From assembly GCA_048772705.1 (NCBI GenBank), contig JBLWGC010000051.1, positions 248,001 to 312,000 on the forward strand: 64,000 nt of DNA, in the 5' to 3' direction. The notes beneath the pieces were generated by a model that was given only the letters and a program-made list of their open reading frames with translations, had not been told where the DNA came from and made no database searches. The translations under genes and the position numbers were made by a program. Positions 33,856-43,300 of the stretch are shown here, piece after piece (the stretch's first letter is position 1; each line of letters begins with the position of its first letter). The DNA is from Leidyana gryllorum EB-2025a. Taxonomy: Eukaryota; Protista; Apicomplexa.

Positions 33856-35006
33856 TCACGAGGGTGGAGCAGCCGCTTGGCCAGTTGACGGAGGAGAGGG
33901 AACAGCGGGATCAGCACTAGGATGCTCCAAATTCCCCGGGCTACCGACGTACGACTGAGCTTTTGCGACAGCCTGAAGCTACTTCACATTAGAACCTGCC
34001 ACTTGCACTCACACTGCCCAGAGTCTCGCCTGCGGTTCCCACCAGAGCGCCGACCTTTTCAGTGGTACTCCGCCAGAATGTCTCGTCTTGAACTGTGTCA
34101 ACGACTCCCTTACCCTTTTCCGCTACCCAGTGGGCGGACGACGTCGCTGCGGTGCTAATGCTACCCAATATATTCTCCGTGGGAACGTTTTGGAGAGTCT
34201 GATCAGAACATAACGCCAGAGCTGCTCCCACCCAGACTTACCGTTGTGGCCTTCTCCTTGGCGGTTTGAGCGAATGCCCCCACAGCTGTGAAGGCTGCCG
34301 ATCCCCAGCTTGCCAAAGCTCCAAATTCTTGAGACTCCCTGATAAGCGTTCAGTTATGCCCAACGATCACTTAGACAAACTCACGAGAGGGCTGAGAAGA
34401 GACCACCAGTTTCATTGCTAGAGCGAGCAAAAGCATCGGGAGCATTCCCCTCGAAAGCTTCATGTGATTGTTGGGTTCCCGATCCACTAGCTGTGCTAGC
34501 AGTGGGGTTGCTCTGTTCCAAGGTCGTCTCCTTGCCCTGAGATAGCTCTGGGGCTGGTGGAATAGGTTGGCCTTCAACCTGCGCTCGCAGTTGATCACGA
34601 TACCACTGCGCGGCTTTGGTGTTGTACTTGAAGCGAGCTTGCATGTTATCGGGTATGTCCTAAGAACGCTGATCAAAACCATTGCAATCACCAGACTCAC
34701 GTAATCTTTGAAACACTTCCGCAGCTTCTCGTTCCCGCCCAGCTCCATGTACTTCTTCTGCTTTTCACTCCATGCATCCATCGTGATCGATCGTACGAAC
34801 GATACTTGCACTCCGAGACCACGGTGCATTCCCGAACACAATAGACACATGAAAGTGCCATGGGAAACAGATGCCCATTGTGGGTTTGCAGCCCCTTGAA
34901 CTCATTTGCAGTACCCAAACCACCTCCACTCACTGCAATCAACACATGTTGTGTTCTCCGGGTCTTGACGCAGTTTGCGGAAGAACGTCGTGGCCTCGAG
35001 GTCCAT
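33856..35006 (-). CDS. ADP-ribosylation factor GTPase-activating protein (ArfGAP1/Gcs1-like), multi-exon
   Basis: ENTTCVDC / NPQWASVSHGTFMCLLCSGMHRGLGVQVSFVRSITMDAW, MELGGNEKL, KYNTKAAQWYR. Confidence 0.92.
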
Positions 35007-35047
35007 GATTATTGTCGAATAGGAGAATTTTTTTTGAAGAGTCAACA

Positions 35048-35380
35048 ATGCGCTACACAAGAGTTCATAAGGGCACAGTGGGATGTGTGATCAAGCTGGG
35101 CACATTTGCGCGCACCATGGTCGTACTCTGGCCGGTCGCTGCAACCTACAAAATGCTCAAGCAAGTAAGTCCGCGCAGCTAAATACAGTATGCGATCTGA
35201 TCTCAGCGGGGAGGCGAGCTGCGAGCGATTGAGGATGCGTCCAAGCTTCTGAATATACCAGCTGACGACCTCAAGGCTGGCATTCGATGGAACCCTTTGA
35301 CCCCTCGAGTCTTCTTCGGCGACTGGCGACTACAAGCAGATCTAAACTTAATTACCAAGGCAGCCAACGGCGGGTGCTGA
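35048..35380 (+). CDS. Putative 96-aa two-exon microprotein (exons 35048-35164, 35207-35380), absent from the ORF track
   Basis: ATG after a T8 tract; in-frame 42-nt gtaagt...tctcag intron; MRYTRVHKG...TYKMLKQ/RGGELRAIEDASKLL...GGC*. Confidence 0.5.
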
Positions 35381-35430
35381 CAACCGACGGTAGCAGTGTG
35401 CAGTGATGATCGCGTGCTTGTGTCTCCTTC

Positions 35431-35443
35431 CGCGCGCGCGCGC
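35431..35443. repeat. (CG)6C tract 18 nt upstream of the SSADH ATG
   Basis: cgcgcgcgcgcgc seen directly. Confidence 0.8.
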
Positions 35444-35461
35444 AAAACAAACTAAGCGAGC

Positions 35462-36931
35462 ATGAAAGACCATCCTTTGTTTCCTTTGGCTTGCCCTGAG
35501 TTGCTCAAGAATCAAGCCTTCATCGGTGGAGAATGGATTGATGCTGAGGAAACTATCAGCATCACTTGTCCGGCAACCGGTCAACAGCTCAGTGTCATCC
35601 CGAAACTATCTCAATATCATGTAGAACGGGCAGTTTCTGCAGCTGTTCGTGCTCAGCCGGCTTGGAGGAGTATGTCCGGTGACGATCGAGCCGAAATCCT
35701 TACTAGGTGGCATTCAACAATCATGGCTCACAGCGAAGACTTGTGCCGACTTCTGACCGCAGAGCAAGGCAAGCCTCTAGCCGAAGCTAGAGCGGAGCTC
35801 ACTTACGCAGCGGATTACATCCTTTGGTACGCAGAAGAGGCTCGGCGCATCTACGGCGAAGTCATTCCCCACCAAAGTCTGAGCAAAAGGATGTTTGTGC
35901 GCAGAGAGCCCATAGGAATCTGCGCAGCCTTTACCCCTTGGAACTTTCCAGCTGCTATGTTCACCCGGAAGGTCGCTGCGGGGCTGGCTGCAGGTTGCAC
36001 GATGATCACTAAGCCGTCCAGTCGGACGCCATTGACCGCTTTAGCGATGTGTGACCTCGGCCAGCGTGCTGGTCTTCCAGGAGGCGTTTTGCAGGCATTG
36101 ACGGGCAGCAGCAGCGAGATCTCAAAGCTCCTTACCGGTCATGGTGAGATCAGAAAGATCAGCTTCACGGGGTCCACTAATGTGGGGCGGAAAATCGTGG
36201 CACAAAGTGCACAACATCTGCAAAAACTGTCCTTGGAATTAGGGGGAAACGCGCCTTTCATCGTCTTCCCAGATGCTCAGCTCGGTGCGGCGGTTGAAAG
36301 TGTGATTGCTGCCAAATTCCGAAACTGTGGTCAGACCTGCATATGTGTCAACAGGCTTTACATTCATGAGGAGATCTACGATCAGTTCATTGGAATGCTG
36401 AAAACTGCGATGGAGGATCTACAAATTGGATATGGCTGGGAACCTAACACACAGATAGGACCTTTGATAGATCAGCATGCGCTTGACCATGTTCACCAAT
36501 TAGTCACCCGAGCCCTCGAGCATGGAGCTCGCGTTCTGGTTGGTGGACAACCACTGAATGTCGGGAAAGCAGGAAACTGGTATCCTCCAACACTGCTTGT
36601 AGATTGTCGTCCTGGAACACAGATCAGCTCTGAGGAGATCTTTGGACCGGTTCTGGCTTGCTACAAGTTCAGCAGTGAAGATGAAGTACTGAAATTAGCC
36701 AACGATTGCCCTCAAGGTCTAGCGTCATACCTATGCACCGAAAATATCAGAACGGCAACCAGAGTTGCAGAAGCATTGGAAAGTGGAGTTGTTGGGATCA
36801 ATACAGGAAGTGTTTCGAACGCTAGAGCACCGTTTGGAGGCGTCAAATACAGTGGATTCGGTGTGGAAGGATCGCGGCACGGACTGGAGGAGTATTGCTA
36901 CCTCAAGTACATTTGCATGGATATCTACTAA
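35462..36931 (+). CDS. gabD: Succinate-semialdehyde dehydrogenase (ALDH5/GabD-type), intronless
   Basis: EQGKPLAEA, WYAEEARRIYGE, TPWNFPAAM, KISFTGSTNVG, LELGGNAPFIVF, KFRNCGQTCIC (catalytic Cys), EEIFGP, APFGGVKYSGFGVEG. Confidence 0.95.
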   Translation: MKDHPLFPLACPELLKNQAFIGGEWIDAEETISITCPATGQQLSVIPKLSQYHVERAVSAAVRAQPAWRSMSGDDRAEILTRWHSTIMAHSEDLCRLLTAEQGKPLAEARAELTYAADYILWYAEEARRIYGEVIPHQSLSKRMFVRREPIGICAAFTPWNFPAAMFTRKVAAGLAAGCTMITKPSSRTPLTALAMCDLGQRAGLPGGVLQALTGSSSEISKLLTGHGEIRKISFTGSTNVGRKIVAQSAQHLQKLSLELGGNAPFIVFPDAQLGAAVESVIAAKFRNCGQTCICVNRLYIHEEIYDQFIGMLKTAMEDLQIGYGWEPNTQIGPLIDQHALDHVHQLVTRALEHGARVLVGGQPLNVGKAGNWYPPTLLVDCRPGTQISSEEIFGPVLACYKFSSEDEVLKLANDCPQGLASYLCTENIRTATRVAEALESGVVGINTGSVSNARAPFGGVKYSGFGVEGSRHGLEEYCYLKYICMDIY

Positions 36932-37174
36932 TTTGATTCGATTCGAAGCGGGCCCGAGACAGAAGGAATGAAGCTGCTAGAATGGATGAAGCGCCGGCTA
37001 CGTCCAAATCGTCAGGATCAGGGAGTCGGAAGAGTTGAAGTACCTTGCTACTGGACCACTCGAGAGTCAAAAGAGGCCTTGTTGGCACGAAGTTACAGTG
37101 ATCGCCCACAAGGCACACGGAGTGCTGGGCATGCGCGCCGTAGTTTTACTTTCACCTCGATTCAACCATTAGGG

Positions 37175-37360
37175 ATGACTGTGATTTATCATTGCCGCCG
37201 GTGCAGATTCACATGGCAAGGGGTGGAGCAATTTTGCCCTCAATGTAGACTACCTGCTACTCGGAAGAAGAGCAAAGGGCCTGATCTGAGTAAACCGCAC
37301 CTGAAAGCGAGGTGTAATCAATGTCGTAGATTTGGCCAGCCGTGCTGGAGTAAACAATAA
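37175..37360 (+). CDS. Putative 61-aa Cys-rich zinc-binding microprotein (could start at 36968)
   Basis: MTVIYHCRRCRFTWQGVEQFCPQCR...RCNQCRRFGQPC contains three CxxC pairs. Confidence 0.4.
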   Translation: MTVIYHCRRCRFTWQGVEQFCPQCRLPATRKKSKGPDLSKPHLKARCNQCRRFGQPCWSKQ

Positions 37361-37375
37361 ATTTTGAGTGTGTTC

Positions 37376-40300
37376 ATGACCAATCAATCAGGGGGCTTTC
37401 CGCCACCAAGAATGGTTGGAGCAAGTACTCAAACGCGGGGATATCTTGATACACCCCCTGCTTCTGCGTTTCAAACTCCTCAAGAGCCGTTGTCAAGGGA
37501 GCCGAGCATTGATCTGACTGAGGAAGCTGAAGACCGGCAGTTCTCGTCGCTTCCTGCCCCAGCAGTGGGATTGTCACAGCGTATATCTACCACCGTCCCC
37601 CTGCACAGGCAACAAGGGCAGTCAGAATACTCCTCGAGGTGAGAGAGGATGACCCGGTCGTTTCTTCGCATTGTTTGCAGTCCTCGAGAAGTGGCATCTC
37701 GCCGTGCGTCAGGAGTTGGCGCTAGAAGGGGTTCTTCCTCCAGCGACTGTGTGCTAGAGACGATTTGGAATGTCTATACTCCGTATGAGAATCCGTGGGC
37801 TTGCCAAGTACACCAATGGGCAAGACGATTTCCCGAGAAGAATGCCTTTGTGTGGCTCGATAGCAATGGCAATGAGTCTGAGAAAGTGTCATTCGCAGCC
37901 TTTGCTCAAACAGTCTGTAAAATCAGTCGGTTCCTACGGGATAGGCTGCACCTGGCCAGAGGCGACCGAGTTGTTCTGTAAGTTACTGAAAGCATACCCA
38001 GATTTACTTCATTCTGCAGCTGCTATCAACCTGGTCTGGAGTTCATTCCAGCTTTCTTTGCATGTCTATGTATGGGCATTGTAGCTATTCCAGTGTATCC
38101 GCCAGATCCGAGCCGTGCGAAGTTTGATTGCGGCAGATTTCTGGCAATCTGTGAATCTGCACAAGTATCGCATGTACTGACCTCTGGGCTGTATCACAAG
38201 GTTGCCATGTTGTTACCGACTTTAGCTCGTGATCCTCGATGGAAACGTTTGACATGGATCAAGACATCTGACTGTTCCCGCGGGCCCGCGATAGATATCA
38301 CCCAGTTTCAGTTCCCTACCTTGGATCCCGCAGGAGTGGCGTTTTTGCAGTACACAAGTGGATCGACCGGCCAACCCAAAGGTGTAATGGTCACACTCGG
38401 AGGTCTGTTGCACAATTGTTACCTTTGTTGTGGTAGTTTCGGCTTCCCGACCGTTCTGGACCTCGATCCGGAGGATCCTAATGTGCCACCGGGGCCCAAC
38501 AGTCTAGATGACATACCATTTGAAGATTATACCTCGTGGTTCCATGGGGTGCGACTTCAAGTCCATCAGAAGAAGTTCAATCATGAAATTCGCGTATTCA
38601 GTTGGTTGCCTGTGTATCATGATATGGGTCTAATAGGATTTACTCTTGTACCATTCCTGTTCGGCGGATCTTCATACCAGATGAGTCCGATTGACTTCAT
38701 CAAGAAACCTCACTTATGGTTGGAGTGCATGTCACGTTACCATTGTTTGGCCTCAGCGGGTCCCAACTTCGCTTTCGAACTCTCGGTGCGAAAGATGCCC
38801 GACAATGTATACGATAACTTAGATTTGTCGCACGTGTGTGGATTGCTTTGTGGAGCCGAACCGATCAGAAGGAAGACTGTTACACGCTTCTTGAATAAAT
38901 TCAGTCCCAAAGGGCTACAGTATTGGGCATTCCGTCCTGCGTACGGATTGGCTGAGAACACACTCATTGTGAGCGGCCCCCGGAATTACCATACTGTCCC
39001 CCATATCGTGAGGGTGGACGCTCATGCCTTGCGTACTCAGAAGATTGCACGTCTCGCCGTGCGTCCGGGAAAGACGGACGGAGGTTTGGAGCGGATTGAC
39101 GACTTGTTGCTGGAGGATCAGACGAGCGAGTCTGCGGTTGACGAGCTCACTGCAATGCTAGTGAGTTGCGGGAAGCCGAAACAATCTGTGGATGTTCGAA
39201 TTGTCAATGTCGACACTCACCAAGAGTTGCCACCTGGACATGTTGGCGGCATATTTGTGAAGAGTCCGAGTCTGGCACGCGGGTATTTTGGTTGTCCAGT
39301 TCAAAGTATGAAGTCTTTCAATCAGAAGGTATCGCTCAGGATGCAAAAGGAGGGTATCGATGGAAATACTGTCGAGTTTATGGCTGAGACTGGTGGGTAC
39401 CTCGACACCGGTGACGCCGGGTTCTTCTTGGATGGAGAGTTATTTGTTGTGGGGCGTGTGAAGGATATGCTGATCATTCGAGGGCGCAACTACTATCCCC
39501 AGGACATTGAGGCTGAGGTGGAGAACATCAGTGAAATCCGAGAGGGATGCAGCGCGGCTTTCGCCTTAGAAGTGGATGGTGAGGAGCGTTGTGGTCTGGC
39601 GGTGGAGATTCGGGCCGATCAAGTTGCGGCGAAACAAACGCTTCGAGCGACCATGTCATCGTTCTTTACAGGCAAACAGTTTGACGAAAACGCGTTAAAC
39701 GTACTCGCCAAGACGATCAAAGCTCGGGTCAGCCAAGCTTTGGGTCTCGAAGTTGTCGGGTTGTGGATTTGTAGACCGAAAAGTCTCCCCAAGACTTCGA
39801 GTGGCAAAGTGAGGCGGTCTCTGGTGCGGGAAATGATGCTCAGCACGGAAAGTACCAACATTCTCCACCGGCCGACTCCTGAGGCTGCTGCTAAGTTTGT
39901 ATGCCCAACTCAGCCTCTGCCGTCTCCTCCGCCTGTGACTATCCCGATGGGTATTACCGACATCGATGGCCAGATTGGCCTCACAACGGCATCGGCCCCA
40001 GATGTGGAGGAGCAGCAAGCTCTGAGAACTTCGCTTACGGCCTCAGACCCGCAGATGGTTGTGCCAGTGCCTACATCGCAATCGGACAACAAGGACACAC
40101 TCTTCCCGCACCCGACTCCGCCCCCAGCTGTTGCGAGGCCGAAGCCTCCGATACCAATGACAGATCCCAGCCCTCCGCCTGAAACTCCATCGTCTGACGC
40201 TCACGATGAGCCTTTTGCTTCGATCAACAGGACCATTCCGAATGCCCAGGAAGACGACAAGTTGGCGGCTCGTCGAGCAGAGGTCCACCAGATGATCGTT

Positions 40301-43300
40301 GAGGCTGCAAGAGAGACGATCAATCTTCAAGATTTTGATGAAACGGTCTTTGACACCCCAATCTTCGATCTTGGAGTGGACAGTATGACGGCCGTCACCT
40401 TCTTGCAAACATTGGGTAACAAACTGGGCCGCGAGCTCAGCAGTACTGTACTCTTTGAGTGTCCCACTTTGAGTCAGCTGGAGGAGTACCTTACCGACGA
40501 GGCCTCGGCCGCACAGTTACGCCGTGGGGTGTTGGGCAGCACTGTTCCCGGCAGTGATAATGTTTATGTCTTCGGAGCGAGTTGTCGTTTCCCGGGCACC
40601 AGTCGCGTTGTCCATTTGGAGGACGAGGTCCAACCGAACGCTCCGCATTACACGCTGACGCCTCGAGTAGAAGATTTCTGGAACATGTTGGAACACGAGG
40701 TGGACGCGATCAGAGAAGTGCCTTTGGATCGGTGGAATATCGATGCCTACTGGACGTCGTCTATGGATCAATTGGAGCCCGGGAAGATTTACGTCCGGGA
40801 AGGAGGGTTCATGGACGACGCCGATCTGTTCGACGCGCCAGCATTCCGCTTAGCTCCACGAGAAGTGGAGCAAATGGATCCGCAACAACGGCTGGCCCTA
40901 GAAAGTTGTGTCGATACATTGTGGCACGCCGGGTTTAGTGAAGCGGAAGTCAAACACCGTCGGATCGGTACCTTCTTTGGGTGCTGCAGCTCTGATTGGA
41001 GTCGCATCGCCACGTTGAACCGCACCTGTTTGGGAGGCGGGGCCACATGTCCGCCCCAAGCCAACTCGGGATCGCAGATTACTGTTTACACCTCGGCCGC
41101 TCTGGCACCGAGTCTGATTGCAAACCGCGTCAGCTTTGTTTTGGGTCTCACAGGACCTTCTGTGGTAGTGGATACTGCCTGTTCATCGTCTCTCGTTGCT
41201 CTCGATGCCGCTGTGCACCAGATGCGTGATGCCAAGTGCGAAGCGGCTCTAGTTAGTGGAGTCAATATGATACTAACCGTTGAGGTTTCTTCGATGTTAT
41301 GCAAAGCGAATATGTTAAGTCGCGATTCCCGTTGCAAGACTTGGGACGTGAGAGCGGACGGCTATGTTCGTGGTGAAGGTGTGGGGACAATTTTCATCAG
41401 CAACCATTTAGACGTGTATACTCGCTTGCTCGTGGGCTCGAGCCCGATAGCCTCTCCTCATGCCTCCCCTCCGGGCGCCCTGACCTTTCCTTCGTTGGTG
41501 ACGCTGCCGCATCGTCGCCAGGCCCCTCTTGCGGTTATCAAAGGGGTGGCAGTGAACCATGGTGGCGTTGCGGCTGCCTTGACGGCGCCCAATGTATCTG
41601 CTCACCAAGACCTGATGCTCACAGCTCTATCTCAAGCGAATGTGCCTCCCAGACTGGTCCACTTTATCGAGACGCACGGAACCGGCACCAAACTGGGAGA
41701 TCCGGTGGAGTTGGCCGCAATCCGGGCTGTTTATGGTCGCAACAGGTCATTCGAGTTACCCCTGGTAGTCGGAGCTGTCAAGACCAATATCGGTCATCTC
41801 GAGGGGGCGGCAGGTATAGCCGGTCTGATCAAAGCCATTGGCGTCATGTCGCGTCTGCTGGTGCCTCCCAATCTGCATCTCCGGGAACTGAATCCGCTGA
41901 TGCCCACTGAAGGTTTCCCAGTTGTGTTCCCCCGAGAGTGTATCAATTTGCCGGAAGCACCCGACGGGCTGCCACACTATGCCGCTGTGTCGAGTTTCGG
42001 TTTTGGAGGCACCAATGCACACGCGGTGCTTCAGCGATACGTGGAGCCCATTGTCTCGGATGCGAATGATGACATCCACGAAGAAGATATTGAGAATCGT
42101 CAGCATGACAATGTGAACCGTTGCGCTGAAGGTGACACCTCGGAAGCCACGTCAGAGTTACAGGTCGTAACCGAGACGACCGCCACGGTACCATCGACTT
42201 TACCCAAGAAGGTCGTCGAGGGAGGCTTCGAGAATGTTCCCGACTTTGCTCGCGGAAGGAAACTTTGGAAACGAACTCAATATCCTTGGCAAGAGCTTTT
42301 GTGGCCGATGATCGGTCAAGTGGATCATCAGCGCATGGAGGCGGACGGTTCAGGAGAGATAACTGTGACTACGAATGTGCGAAAGGATGTCTCTGCGCTT
42401 CTGGCAGAGCATATCATCCAGGAGGTGCCAGTTGTCCCGGGTGCTGGATTGTTTGAACAGATCAACCAGTGTTATCATGTTCAACAAATCTTGACCAGCG
42501 ATACCAGTGGATCGCCCATGGCAGCGGAATCAGAATCGGTCTCGCCCCGCAAAGTCTGTCATATCTCGACGGTCGCTATCGAACGGCCTGTTGTCTTAAT
42601 AGAACCGGTTGGTGACGCGGGCTCAGAAAGCCCTCCTCTCAAAATTGTAACTAATCTGAACCTCCCCTCTGGCCAACTTACTGTGTCAACTCAATACAAT
42701 CATCCGGCAGCTGGCCAAACCGGAGACCAACAATGTCTGACGGCGCGTTTGAACCTCAGCCGTGCCTCCTCTGTCATCTCTCCCCTAAACGCACACTTTG
42801 AGCCCAAAGCGTTCGAAGCTCCAAAGGGAGATGACTGCATATTAATGCCGAAAGAAGAATTTTATCAGCATACAACGACTGTTGGGCTGCAATTGGGCCC
42901 ACGATTCAAAACTGTACAATCTATTTGGCGCGAACCCGGCGACAATGTCGTCTTTTTGGCCGAGATCCGCCATCCCACCCGTCGCGCATGGGAAATTGAC
43001 CAATGCGAGAAGGCGTTCCTGCTGCATCCTGCCATGTTGGATGGTGTTATGCAACTGTCCGCATTGGCTCTCGCAGCTGCTGACCATTCTACCAAAGCCT
43101 TCTTTGTACCCGTGACTGCTGAGAATGTGTACCTGAGCAGTTTCTCTGTGCATGACACTTTGATCGCTAAAACAATGGTACTCAAGCGTACTGACCGCGG
43201 AGGCGATGTGCGAGCTGCAATCTATAATGCGACCACTAAACAGCTCGTCGCACGCATAGATCGCCTGAGTATGGCCACAGTCAATTTCTACCTGCCGCCT

